The notes: generated from the letters alone by a model not told the origin. A DNA stretch of 55,704 nt from Thermoplasmata archaeon (GCA_035502055.1 DATJVB010000019.1:1-55704), one strand, 5' to 3'; counted from the stretch's first letter, positions 13,781 through 23,064 are shown. Translations and numbers: made by a program.

Positions 13781-15817
13781 ATGTCACCGATGCACCGAGC
13801 CCCCCGCGCCGGCTGGCGGCGGGTCCGCGGCGTCGCTCCGGCCGCGACGGTGGGGGTGTCGGTGCTGACACTCGTCCTCCTGCTCCCGGGGGCGGCCCCG
13901 CGCGGGGTGCCCCCCGCCGGGCCCGGGGCGGTCGCCCCGTCGGAGCGGACGGTCGCCGCAGCCTGTTCGACGGTGAACTACACGAGCACCGTCGACGACT
14001 TCCTTCTCAGCTACGCCGAGTGCCTGCCGGACGCGTTCTCGAACTCGACCCCGCATCCGCTCGCCGTCCTCTTGCACGGCCTTTCGCTCACCGAGACGAC
14101 GCCGATGTCGGGAGGGTACCCCACGCCGTACAACTCGACGTACGTGACGCTGTTCGCGCAGGCCGGGTTCATCCTGCTCGTCCTCAACACCCGGACGGGA
14201 TCCGGCTTCTACGTGAACTCGCCGTTCACCGGACCGCAGGAGCAGGACGTCTGGGATGCGATCGCCTCCGAGGAGCGCCGTCACCCGGTGAGCGCGGTCG
14301 ACGTCTTCGGCAGCAGCATGGGCAGCATGGGGGCGTGGCTCCTCGCGGGCCACCATCCGGGGGCGATCCGGGCGATCGGCGCGGTGCTCAGCTTCTCGGA
14401 CTACTTCGAGGAGTACGCCTACGCGACCGCCGCCGGTCCGAACTCCGCCCCGCTCGCCGCCGACCTCCTCGCGTCGATCTCGGGCGGACGGCTGCCGAAC
14501 CAGTCCGCGCTCGCGGAGCGGCTGTGGGGCTACCTGTCGACGCCCCGCCTGGATCCCGAGAACTACAGCAACGTGACGATGTACGTGGTGCACGGCGGCG
14601 TCGACGAGGAGTCGCCGAACAACCTCTCCCTGTGGGGGTACCTGCAAGCGAACAATTCGCTCCTCAACACCACCTGCCTCGTCGCCTCGGCGATCGGCGA
14701 GCCCGCGAACTGCACCGACCCGATGCTCGATCTCGCCGCCCTCCATCCGGGCGAGTACCGGTTCCGGTACATCTTCGAGCCCGAAGGGATCCACACCGAC
14801 GACGAGCTCAACGTGAGCGACATGCTCGCCTTCTGGAAAGGCGAGGTCCCGACCGGAGTCTACTGGGCGACCCCCGGCGGACCGCCGACGGACCCGCCCC
14901 AGCCCGTCCTCGGCTTCGCGACGTCCCCGCGAGGGTGCGGCACGATCGCCGTCGATGGCGTCGCGCACGCTTACGGGGATCTCGTGACCCTCGCTCCCGG
15001 GGGGCACGCCGTATCGACGTCGCCGTGCCCGGGCCGGGTCCTCGCCAACCTCACCGCGGTCGGCGCGGCGACGATCGGCCCGGGCGCCACCTCGCTCTCG
15101 GTCGCGGGCACGGCGGTCCTCGTCGCCACGTTCGCTCTTCCCGCCGCGGCGAACGTGACCGTCTCGGTCGATCCGGCCGCGTGCGGTCCCGTGGACCTGG
15201 GAGGCGAGGCGTACCTCTCGGGGGCGACGGCGGCGATCCGCGCGGGGCTCTTCCCGCTTCTCGCGCTCCCGTGCCCCGGATACATGTTCTCGGGCTGGAC
15301 CACCGACGGGGCGGTCTCCGTCGACCAGCCGGCCGCCGAGAGCGCGACCCTCTCCGTCAACGGGTCGGGGTCGGTCGGCGCGACGTTCGCGCCCGAGCCG
15401 ACCGACGAACCCCTACCGGCGGCGACGGTCTCGATCGCCGTCGAGCCGGCGACGTGCGGACCGGCGGTCCGGCTCGACGGCCTCGCCTACGCGAACGGCT
15501 CGGCGGTCTCGCTCCCCACGGGCGCCCACGCGGTCGCGGCCGGGTCGTGCGAGGGCGAGGCGTTCGTCGAGTGGTCCGCGGACGGCGCGGTCTCCGTCGC
15601 CCGCGCCGACGCGACGTCGACGAACGCGACGGTCGACGGGAACGGCTCAATCCTCGCGTTGTACGCGCCCGCGACGCCGGGCCCCGGGGCCGCCGCGGCG
15701 ACGGCGCCGCCGATCGGGGTTTCGATCGGCGTGCTGGCGGCCGTCGGCGCCGGGGCCGCGGTGCTCGTCGGCGCGGCGGCGACGACCTCCCGACGGCGAC
15801 GTCCGAGACGACCGTAG
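13781..15817 (+). CDS. Secreted alpha/beta hydrolase (esterase/peptidase-like) with three Cys-pair beta modules and C-terminal TM anchor
   Basis: ATG 13781 gives signal peptide MSPMHRAPRAGWRRVRGVAPAATVGVSVLTLVLLLPGAAP. Nucleophile elbow FGSSMGSMG has Ser179 at 14315-14317. Candidate Asp (HGGVDEE) and His (PEGIHTDD). TM helix plus SRRRRPRRP tail. Confidence 0.8.
   Translation: MSPMHRAPRAGWRRVRGVAPAATVGVSVLTLVLLLPGAAPRGVPPAGPGAVAPSERTVAAACSTVNYTSTVDDFLLSYAECLPDAFSNSTPHPLAVLLHGLSLTETTPMSGGYPTPYNSTYVTLFAQAGFILLVLNTRTGSGFYVNSPFTGPQEQDVWDAIASEERRHPVSAVDVFGSSMGSMGAWLLAGHHPGAIRAIGAVLSFSDYFEEYAYATAAGPNSAPLAADLLASISGGRLPNQSALAERLWGYLSTPRLDPENYSNVTMYVVHGGVDEESPNNLSLWGYLQANNSLLNTTCLVASAIGEPANCTDPMLDLAALHPGEYRFRYIFEPEGIHTDDELNVSDMLAFWKGEVPTGVYWATPGGPPTDPPQPVLGFATSPRGCGTIAVDGVAHAYGDLVTLAPGGHAVSTSPCPGRVLANLTAVGAATIGPGATSLSVAGTAVLVATFALPAAANVTVSVDPAACGPVDLGGEAYLSGATAAIRAGLFPLLALPCPGYMFSGWTTDGAVSVDQPAAESATLSVNGSGSVGATFAPEPTDEPLPAATVSIAVEPATCGPAVRLDGLAYANGSAVSLPTGAHAVAAGSCEGEAFVEWSADGAVSVARADATSTNATVDGNGSILALYAPATPGPGAAAATAPPIGVSIGVLAAVGAGAAVLVGAAATTSRRRRPRRP
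14912..15667 (+). repeat. Three tandem 75-80-aa modules, each with two Cys (divergent InlB-B-repeat-like)
   Basis: CGTIAVDGVAHAYGD...SPCPG; ACGPVDLGGEAYLSG...LPCPGYMFSGWTTDG; TCGPAVRLDGLAYANG...GSCEGEAFVEWSADG. Confidence 0.65.
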
Positions 15818-15927
15818 TGGCCGCCCGGCCGGCGCCGCCCTACGCCGGCCGCCGCACCTTCCTACCCCGGACCCCCCATCCGGAGGTGACGGGGCCCCTT
15901 GGATGGCGGGACGAACGGATTTGAGGC

Positions 15928-15942
15928 GGGAGACGGTCTCCC
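15928..15942. promoter_or_regulatory. Perfect 7-1-7 palindrome GGGAGAC-G-GTCTCCC just upstream of the F420-reductase-like gene
   Basis: Read directly from the sequence. It ends 13 nt before ATG 15956, between a weak AT patch (15917-15925) and the start codon. Confidence 0.3.
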
Positions 15943-15955
15943 TTCGGGGGGACCG

Positions 15956-16603
15956 ATGCGGGTCGGGGTGTTGGGGAGCGGCGAGGTGGGCCAGACGCTG
16001 GGGAGCGGGTTCGCGGAAGCGGGCCACGACGTGGTCGTCGGGACTCGCGAGCCGGACCGTCCCGCGCTCGCCGCGTGGCGCGACCAGGTCGGCCGGCGGA
16101 TCCGGCTCGCGTCGTTCTCCGATGCCGCGCGGCACGGCGAGTGGCTCGTCCTCGCCGTCGGCGGCGGCGTCGCCGAGGCCGTCGTCGACCTCGCGGGGCC
16201 CGCCCACCTCGCCGGCAAGCTCCTCCTCGACGTGACGAACCCGCTCGACTTCTCCCGCGGGATGCCGCCCGGGCTCCTGTTCGGGATGACCGACTCCGTC
16301 GGGGAGCGCCTCCAGCGCAAGCTGCCCAACACCCGGGTGGTGAAGGTGTTCAACACCGTCCCGAGAACGCTGATGGTCCACCCGCGCCTCGCCGGCGGCG
16401 GGGCGCGGATGCTCATCGCCGGGGACGACGCGGCGGCGAAGGCGCAGACGGCGGAGATCCTCGCCGCGTTCGGATGGCCGGGCGTGATCGACGTGGGGGG
16501 GATCGAGGCGGCCCGCTGGCTCGAGGCGCTCGTGCCGCTCTGGGTGCGCGTCGGGGCGTCGATGCAGAACTTCGACTTCTGCTTCGGCGTCGCCACGCGC
16601 TAG
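15956..16603 (+). CDS. NADPH-dependent F420 reductase (NpdG)-like NAD(P)-binding oxidoreductase
   Basis: Start at ATG 15956 (MRVGVLGSGEVGQTLG Rossmann motif), 215 aa. Confidence 0.8.
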   Translation: MRVGVLGSGEVGQTLGSGFAEAGHDVVVGTREPDRPALAAWRDQVGRRIRLASFSDAARHGEWLVLAVGGGVAEAVVDLAGPAHLAGKLLLDVTNPLDFSRGMPPGLLFGMTDSVGERLQRKLPNTRVVKVFNTVPRTLMVHPRLAGGGARMLIAGDDAAAKAQTAEILAAFGWPGVIDVGGIEAARWLEALVPLWVRVGASMQNFDFCFGVATR

Positions 16604-16615
16604 CGCCGGGATCCC

Positions 16616-18361
16616 TCACCAGCCGACCGGCTCGCCCGCGTTCTCCCGGTCGAGCCAGCGCTGAAGGGGCTCGAAGTACTCGAGGAGCGCGGCGGCGTCC
16701 ATCCGGCGCTCCCCCGTCGCCGCCTCGAGGGCGTCGGGCCACGGCTCCCGCTGGCCCATCGCGAGGAGACGGGAGAGCCGGTCCCCCGCCGCCGTCGACC
16801 CGAAGATCGATGCCGCGTGCAGGGGCCCGGTCGCGCCGGCCTCGCGCGCGAGCGCCCGGTGGAACTGGAACTGGAGGATGTGGGCGAGGAAGTACCGCAT
16901 GTACGGGACGTTCCCCGGGACGTGCGCCTTCGCGCCCGGATCGAACGCGGGGTCGGACCGGTCCCCGGGGGGCGCTACGCCCTGGTACTCCCGTCGGAGG
17001 GCCCACCACGAGGTGTTGAGCCGCTCGGCGGGGATCTCCCCGGAGAAGACGCGCCACCGCCACCGGTCGATCCCGAGGCCGAACGGGAGGAACGCGATCT
17101 TCTCGAGCGCCTGGACGAGGAGCGGACCGATCCCCGCATCGTCCTGCGCCGCGGCCGGATCGAGGAGGCCGACCCGGGCGAGGTACGCCGGGGTGACGGA
17201 CAGGGCGATCGTGTCGCCGATCGCCTCGTGGAAGCCGTCGTGGGCCCCGTCGCGGAAGAGGAACGGCAGCGGCGCGTACGCCCACTGGTAGTAGTTGTGG
17301 CCGAGCTCGTGGTGGATCACCCGGAGCTCCTCCCCCGTCGGGTCGATGCACATCTTGATCCGGAGGTCGTCGACGAAGTCGATGTCCCAGGCGCTCGCGT
17401 GGCAGACGACCTCCCGGTCCGGGGGACGGACGAACATCGACCGCTCCCAGAACGACGGCGGGAGGGGCCGCAGCCCGAGCGAGACGAAGAACCGTTCCGC
17501 GAGGCGGACCATCTCGGTCGGCCCGTACCCCTTCGCCCGCAGCGCGGCGGTGAGGTCCGGCGGGGCGGGGGCGTCCCGGGGCCCGACGAGGTCGATCACG
17601 TGCTCCCAGCTCTGGGCCCACAGGTTCCCGAGGAGGTGGGCCGGGATCGGGCCCCGCGGCGGGACCGTCGCCGCGCCGTACCGCTCGACGAGCCGCCGGC
17701 GGACGTACGCGTGCAGCGACCGGTAGAGCGGCCTCACCTGCTGCCACAGGCGCTCGACCTCCGCCTCGAACGCGTCGGGCGGCATGTCGTACCGCGCCCG
17801 CCACATCGCCCCCATGTCGGCGAAGCCGACCTCCCGGGCCCCCTGGTTGCCGAGCGCGACGTACCGGAGGAACTCGTCGCGCACGAGCCGGCCCGTCTCG
17901 TGCCAGCCGGTCCAGACGTCCTCGAGGAGCGCGGGATCGCGGCTCTCGACGAGGAGCTGCCCGAGCGCCTGCACGTCGAGCGCCGCGCTCCGGCCCTTCG
18001 GCGCGTAGCGGGCCTTCCCGTACTTCCCGCCCATCGACGCGACGACGCGCGTGAGCTCGGCGGCGAGCGCCGGGTCGGCGGGGGTCACGAGCGACAGCGA
18101 CCGGCGGAGGAGCTCGATCTTGCGGCGGTCCGCGGCGGTCGCCGGCCGGTCGGCGAGCCGCGCGGCCGCGCCCATCGCGTCGACGGTCGCGCGGATGAGC
18201 CGGGCCTGCGCCTGGGCCGACAGGATCTCGGTGTCGTCGGTGATGTGCGTCGCGGCGACCCAGTCGGCGCGCTGCGACTCGATCGACAGCTCGAGGAGCG
18301 CGGGCTCCACCGTGCCGAGGAGCGCCGCGATCGCGGGGTCGGAGGTCGTCGGCGAGGTCAT
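16616..18361 (-). CDS. Peptidyl-dipeptidase A (angiotensin-converting-enzyme-like, peptidase family M2)
   Basis: Trimmed to ATG 18359-18361, 581 aa. Motifs: HHELGHNYY (HEXXH at 17297-17311), HEAIGD, YMRYFLAHILQFQFH and ACE-like helices throughout. No signal peptide is visible. Confidence 0.9.
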   Translation of the reverse strand: MTSPTTSDPAIAALLGTVEPALLELSIESQRADWVAATHITDDTEILSAQAQARLIRATVDAMGAAARLADRPATAADRRKIELLRRSLSLVTPADPALAAELTRVVASMGGKYGKARYAPKGRSAALDVQALGQLLVESRDPALLEDVWTGWHETGRLVRDEFLRYVALGNQGAREVGFADMGAMWRARYDMPPDAFEAEVERLWQQVRPLYRSLHAYVRRRLVERYGAATVPPRGPIPAHLLGNLWAQSWEHVIDLVGPRDAPAPPDLTAALRAKGYGPTEMVRLAERFFVSLGLRPLPPSFWERSMFVRPPDREVVCHASAWDIDFVDDLRIKMCIDPTGEELRVIHHELGHNYYQWAYAPLPFLFRDGAHDGFHEAIGDTIALSVTPAYLARVGLLDPAAAQDDAGIGPLLVQALEKIAFLPFGLGIDRWRWRVFSGEIPAERLNTSWWALRREYQGVAPPGDRSDPAFDPGAKAHVPGNVPYMRYFLAHILQFQFHRALAREAGATGPLHAASIFGSTAAGDRLSRLLAMGQREPWPDALEAATGERRMDAAALLEYFEPLQRWLDRENAGEPVGW

Positions 18362-18382
18362 GCCCCGCGAGACGGACGGCGG

Positions 18383-18392
18383 GTTATCAAGG
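18383..18392 (-). promoter_or_regulatory. TATA-like island (CCTTGATAAC on minus strand), leaderless geometry for the M2 peptidase
   Basis: Centre lies 26 nt upstream of ATG 18361. Confidence 0.35.
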
Positions 18393-18469
18393 GACGGGGG
18401 TCGCGCCGGGCCCGCCGGTCCGCGGGCAAGGCGTTTTCCGTCCCGACGGTACGGTGGAGCGGTCGTCCG

Positions 18470-19066
18470 ATGCCGACGCGCGCCCCCTCCGTCCGACGCC
18501 CGCGGCGACGCGCCGTCGCCCGGGGCGAGTCCGCGCCGGCGGCGCGGCGGCCGCTCGGTTTCTACGGGTTCCACGTCCGGGACGTGATGACGCGCGACGT
18601 CGTCACCGTCGGCGCCGGCGAGTCGCTGCGCGTCGCCGCGCGCCGGATGGTCACCGCGCGGGTCTCGGGCCTCCCCGTGGTCGGGACGGGCGGACGCCTG
18701 GTCGGCGTCGTCTCGCAGAAGGACCTGTTCCGCCTCCTGAGCGCCCGCGCCGGGGGCGCCGTCCCGGCGGGCCTCCTGGAGGCGATCCTCAACGGCGGGG
18801 TCGACGCGCCCCCGCAGCTCACCGAGGCGGCCCGGCGGCTCGCGGACGCCCGGGTGCGCGATGCGATGAGCCGCCCGCCGATCTCGGTCCCCCCGACCGC
18901 CACCCTCGACGAGGCGATCGGGCTCCTGCTGTCGAGCCGGATCAACCGGCTCCCCGTCGTCCAGAACGGCCGCATCGTCGGGATCGTCACCCGGCACGAT
19001 CTGCTCGCGGGCGTCGGCCGGACCGCCGAGGACGCGGCCGGCGAGCGCGGCCGCGGCCCCGGGTAG
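18470..19066 (+). CDS. CBS-domain pair protein
   Basis: Real C-terminal part of a 749-aa shadow ORF. Two CBS motifs: VMTRDVVTV...GLPVV...GVVSQKDL and AMSRPPISV...NRLPVV...GIVTRHDL. The start could also be 18584 or 18587. Confidence 0.8.
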   Translation: MPTRAPSVRRPRRRAVARGESAPAARRPLGFYGFHVRDVMTRDVVTVGAGESLRVAARRMVTARVSGLPVVGTGGRLVGVVSQKDLFRLLSARAGGAVPAGLLEAILNGGVDAPPQLTEAARRLADARVRDAMSRPPISVPPTATLDEAIGLLLSSRINRLPVVQNGRIVGIVTRHDLLAGVGRTAEDAAGERGRGPG

Positions 19067-19072
19067 CCCGGG

Positions 19073-20671
19073 CTACAGCGGGATCGGGACGCCGGGCCGC
19101 GGCGACGCGACGCGGACCCCCTCCGGACCGAGGACCGCCTCGTACCGGCCGGGGGCCTCGGTGTGGACCGGCACGACGAGCCGCGCGCGCGAGCGGCGCA
19201 CGAGGTCCAGGAGCTCCGCCTCGGTCGCGTGGCCGGACGCGTGGAACCCGGGATCGTATCGGATCGCGCCGTCCGGGCCATCGCAGTGGAAGCCGACGCA
19301 GTGCATCTCGGCCCACGCGATCCAGTTCTCCAGCCGGCGGAAGTCGATCTCCTGCTCCTCCCCGTGCGCCTCGCTCGACGAGTAAAGCCAGACGCCGCCC
19401 CGGGCCGCCGACTTGAGGTCGACGAGGTCGTTCGCGTCGAAGAAGCTGAAGCAGACGATCCACCGCCCGGGGGCGCGCTCGATCTCGGCGGGGCCGACGA
19501 GCGCGTCCGGGAACGCGGCGACGACGCGCTCGAGCCAGGTCGGCGGGCGGGCGGTCGTCGGCTCCTCCCAGATCCGCATCGCCCCCGGACCGAACTGCGT
19601 CGGCACGCGCGGATCGACCGCCGCGAGGAGGCGGAGGAGGTGGGCGTCCTTCCCCGTGACCACGAGGGATCGCCCCGTCTCCTGGGCGATCGCGCGGAAC
19701 GTGATGAGCCGCTCGATGTTCCTCGGCCCGAAGTCGGCGACGACGAGCCGGCCGGCGTGCGACCGGACCACCTCCTCCGCGTTCCGCCGGACGTCGTCCT
19801 CCGTCGTCGTCGGGCCGGCGGGCCCATCGCCGGGCCGGGCGAGGCGCGTCCCCTCCACGAGCAGCACGTCCGGCGCGCGTTCCTCGAGCCGGCGGACGAA
19901 CGCCTCGGTCTCCCGGCCGCGCCCCCCGTGGAACCGCACGTCGCCCGTGTACGCGATCCGGGCGCCGTCGACGTCCAAAAGGAACGCGGTGGAACCGAGG
20001 AGCGAGTGGTCCACGGGCGGCGCGTCGAGGCCGATCGCCCGGACCAGCGGGTCCCCCGCCGCCGGCCCCGGCGCGGGACCCTCGAAGGCGGCGCGCTTCG
20101 ACGGCGGCTCCGCGAGGAGCGCCGCGAGGGGGTCGGGAAGATCGCCGAGGAGGCGGAACGGACGACGGAGACGGCCCGCGCCGCGGGCCGAGGCCAACCG
20201 GCGTTCGTCGACGGCGGTCCGCTCCGCGACGTACACGATCTCGCTCGAGAGGTCGGTCTTCCCGGTCTCCTGGACGGCCCGGAGCGTCGCCACCGTCGCC
20301 GGCGACGCGTAGACGGGGAGCCGGGGGTCGAGGTAGGCGAGCGCCCCGCAGTGATCGAGGTGGGCGTGGGTGAGGAGGACCCCGTCCGGGGGTTCGCCCG
20401 GAAAGCCCTCGTCCCCGCGCGGAAACTCCGTCGGGGGGAACAGGTCCGGTCGGTAGAACCCGCGCCGTCGGGGGAGGAGTCCCACGGCGAGGAGGTCGGT
20501 CATCCCCCGGCTGGGCCGGGGGTGGAGGTACTCCTCGTAGAACGCCCCCATCCGCTTGTAGTTCGTCCCGAAATCGAGGAGGACCCGGTGGGAACCGGTG
20601 TCGACGAGGATCTTCGTGCCGCCGATCGACGCTTCGCCGTCGAGGACGCAGACCGACGCCGTCGGCGGCAC
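19073..20671 (-). CDS. rnj: Ribonuclease J-like MBL/beta-CASP hydrolase
   Basis: GTG start, 532 aa. Motifs: THAHLDHCGA, a beta-CASP region, HASGHATEAELLDLV and VVPVHTE. Confidence 0.75.
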   Translation of the reverse strand: MPPTASVCVLDGEASIGGTKILVDTGSHRVLLDFGTNYKRMGAFYEEYLHPRPSRGMTDLLAVGLLPRRRGFYRPDLFPPTEFPRGDEGFPGEPPDGVLLTHAHLDHCGALAYLDPRLPVYASPATVATLRAVQETGKTDLSSEIVYVAERTAVDERRLASARGAGRLRRPFRLLGDLPDPLAALLAEPPSKRAAFEGPAPGPAAGDPLVRAIGLDAPPVDHSLLGSTAFLLDVDGARIAYTGDVRFHGGRGRETEAFVRRLEERAPDVLLVEGTRLARPGDGPAGPTTTEDDVRRNAEEVVRSHAGRLVVADFGPRNIERLITFRAIAQETGRSLVVTGKDAHLLRLLAAVDPRVPTQFGPGAMRIWEEPTTARPPTWLERVVAAFPDALVGPAEIERAPGRWIVCFSFFDANDLVDLKSAARGGVWLYSSSEAHGEEQEIDFRRLENWIAWAEMHCVGFHCDGPDGAIRYDPGFHASGHATEAELLDLVRRSRARLVVPVHTEAPGRYEAVLGPEGVRVASPRPGVPIPL

Positions 20672-20730
20672 GGCCGGGGGACGGGAGACGGCCCCGATAA
20701 CCCCGGCCCCCGCGGGCCGGGCCGGCGGCG

Positions 20731-21126
20731 CTACGGGGCGAGCCGCGACTCGACCTCGATCCAGATCCCGTCCGGGTCCCGGACGAACCCGATCCGGTAC
20801 CGGCTCGTCGGACCGGCCTCGGTCCAGGCGGGGATCGCGACCTCGGCGCCGAGCGCGACGAGCCGTTCGATCGACGCGTCGGCGTCGTCGACCTCCACGC
20901 CGAGGTGGTCGAGCTCGGCCCCCGGGACGTACTCCGTCGCGTACGGCGATCCCGGCGGGTACCAGTTGAGCTCGAGCTTCTGCCGCGACCGGGGGTCCTC
21001 GAGCTCGACGAAGACGCCCCCGTGACGCATCGTTCCCCGGGGACCGGCGACGAGGCCCAAGCCGTCCTCGTAGAACCGGATCGATCGGTCGAGGTCCCGC
21101 ACCCGGACGCCGACGTAGGCGAGCAT
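20731..21126 (-). CDS. VOC-family glyoxalase I-like protein
   Basis: ATG 21124-21126, 131 aa. Motifs: MLAYVGVRVRDLDRSIRFYEDGLGL...LDHLGVEVDD...VRDPDGIWIEV. Confidence 0.85.
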   Translation of the reverse strand: MLAYVGVRVRDLDRSIRFYEDGLGLVAGPRGTMRHGGVFVELEDPRSRQKLELNWYPPGSPYATEYVPGAELDHLGVEVDDADASIERLVALGAEVAIPAWTEAGPTSRYRIGFVRDPDGIWIEVESRLAP

Positions 21127-21152
21127 CGCGACCGGCGCGAGCGCCGCCGGGC

Positions 21153-22376
21153 TCAAAGCCCCGCGGCCCCGGGGACGGGACCCGGACGGGTCCGCGGGAG
21201 AGCGGCGAGCAGGACGAGCGGGAGGAGCGTGGCGGCGCCGAGGGCGAGCCACGCCGCCGTGTAGCCGGGGCCGGCGATGAGGACGCCGGCCGCGAGCGAC
21301 ACGAGCGAACCTCCTCCGATCTGGATCGCGTTGAACAGCCCGATCGCGAGCGGCACGTCGGAGGCGGGAAGCCCCGGAAGGTACGGCGCGAGCACGTACA
21401 TCATCGCGTACGTGGCGCCGTAGCTGAACGCGAACACCGTCGCGATCGCCGCGACCGCGACGAGCCCCGCGTACGGGACCAGGAAGAGGAGGAGCCCGCC
21501 GATCGCCGTCGCGACGGCCATCTGGCTGCGCCGGTGGACCGACCGCTCGGTGAGCGCCCCGCCGACCGGACCCCCGAACAGGCTCGGGAAGACGAACAAC
21601 GACGCGACGCCGCCCGCGAGCGCGGGACTCCACCCGCGGACCGCCTCCGCGAACGGAACGAAGTACTGTCCGGCGGAGAGGGAGGCCCCCTCGAGCCCGA
21701 CGAAGGCGAACCCCATCGCCCAGACCGCGGGTGACCGGAGCGCGGGGCTCGAGAGGGGAGGCCGTCGCGCGCCCGCGGGGGGGGCCGCGGAGCGGGGCAC
21801 CCACGGTACCGCGATCGCCGTGGCACCGAGGAGGAGGAGCCCGCCCGTCGCGAGGGCCGTCCGCCAGCCGACCGCCGGCACGAGGACGGCGGTCGCAAAG
21901 ACGCCGATCGCCGCCCCGAGGCTGAACGCCGAGCTGAACGTCCCGACGGCGATCCCGCGTCGCCCCGGGGGCCGCAGGGCGGCAACGAGCCCGATCGCCG
22001 GGGCGAAGAAGAGACCGGCGCCCGCCCCGGCGACGGCGCGGAGCGCGACGAGCAGGGCGAACGACGGCGCGGCGGCCGCGGCGAGGCCGGCGCCGCCCAG
22101 GACCGTGACACCGAGGAGGGCGATCGGCCGGGGGCCGTACCGGCTCGCGAGGAGCCCGGCCGGCACCTGGAGGAGGCCGGCGCCCGCGAGGAACGCCGCG
22201 AGGAGGACCCCCCACTCCGCCGGCCCTATCGCGAGCTCCTGCCCGAGGGCGGGGAGCGCGGGGCCGACGTCGAACCAGTTGTAGGCGTACGCGACGCGCA
22301 GGACGATCAGGAGCGCCAGCGCCCGGCGAGCCCCCTCCGGCACGGCGGCGCGGTCGGGGGGAGGCGGGCCGGCCAC
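21153..22376 (-). CDS. MFS transporter
   Basis: About 12 hydrophobic helices. The start is uncertain: GTG 22376 or GTG 22343. The upstream part of the 555-aa track ORF overlaps the neighbouring gene. Confidence 0.8.
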   Translation of the reverse strand: MAGPPPPDRAAVPEGARRALALLIVLRVAYAYNWFDVGPALPALGQELAIGPAEWGVLLAAFLAGAGLLQVPAGLLASRYGPRPIALLGVTVLGGAGLAAAAAPSFALLVALRAVAGAGAGLFFAPAIGLVAALRPPGRRGIAVGTFSSAFSLGAAIGVFATAVLVPAVGWRTALATGGLLLLGATAIAVPWVPRSAAPPAGARRPPLSSPALRSPAVWAMGFAFVGLEGASLSAGQYFVPFAEAVRGWSPALAGGVASLFVFPSLFGGPVGGALTERSVHRRSQMAVATAIGGLLLFLVPYAGLVAVAAIATVFAFSYGATYAMMYVLAPYLPGLPASDVPLAIGLFNAIQIGGGSLVSLAAGVLIAGPGYTAAWLALGAATLLPLVLLAALPRTRPGPVPGAAGL

Positions 22377-22413
22377 TCCGTCGCCCCCGCCGCCGGCCCC
22401 GCGCGGGGCCCGC

Positions 22414-23025
22414 CTACTCGGAGCGGAGGAGGAGTCCGAACCGGCCGTCGAGGTACGGGCCCATCTGGGGGTACTGCTCCCGGATCTCCTCGAGCGCCCC
22501 CACGACCGCTTCCCGGACCGGCGCCCGGGGATCCGATCCGAGTTCGGCGATCCCTTCGACGGCCTCGGTGGGGTAGCGTCCTCCGATCGCCCCGAGGGCC
22601 CGGGCGACACCGGCCCGCGCGCGCGTCTCGGGGTTCTTCGTCCATTCCCGCAACCACGGGAGGACGACCTCGGGCCGGATCGCGAGCAGGTGGGGCACGG
22701 TGACGCGGCTCCACCGGTCGTCGATGGCCGGATCCGGGTCCCCGATGAACCGCTCCACGCGTCCGAGCAGGTGCCGCACGCGGGCCTCGTCGGTCGTCGC
22801 CGCCGGCTGCTCGCAGGCACGCAGGGTGACCTCGCGGATCCGGCGGTCCGGATCGAGGGCCCACTCCTGGGTCGCGTCGAGGACGGCGTCGAACTCCTCC
22901 TCGAGCAGTTGGGTCAGTCGCGTCGTCGCCGCGGTACGGGCGGATTCGTCGTCCGACGCGGCGAGCCGTCGGATCTGTCCCAACACCTCGGGCAGGGAGG
23001 CGTTCGTTGGGGCATTCTCGTTCAT
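22414..23025 (-). CDS. HEAT/ARM-repeat protein (DNA-alkylation-repair-like guess)
   Basis: ATG 23023-23025 (MNENAPTNASLPEVL), 203 aa, all-helical repeats. An AT-rich island sits about 25 nt upstream. Confidence 0.5.
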   Translation of the reverse strand: MNENAPTNASLPEVLGQIRRLAASDDESARTAATTRLTQLLEEEFDAVLDATQEWALDPDRRIREVTLRACEQPAATTDEARVRHLLGRVERFIGDPDPAIDDRWSRVTVPHLLAIRPEVVLPWLREWTKNPETRARAGVARALGAIGGRYPTEAVEGIAELGSDPRAPVREAVVGALEEIREQYPQMGPYLDGRFGLLLRSE

Positions 23026-23040
23026 CGCCGGCCCCAAGGA

Positions 23041-23064
23041 GTCGTACTTCTTTACCCTTGAAGG
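23041..23064. promoter_or_regulatory. AT-rich bidirectional promoter island (GTCGTACTTCTTTACCCTTGAAGG)
   Basis: Only low-GC patch between the divergent genes at 23025 (-) and 23206 (+). Confidence 0.35.

Noticed and set aside
18584-18590. GTGATGA, a C-box-like motif suggesting a C/D box sRNA
   Set aside because: It lies inside the CBS-domain coding frame (DVMT). No D box (CTGA) or C'/D' arrangement lies at the right spacing.
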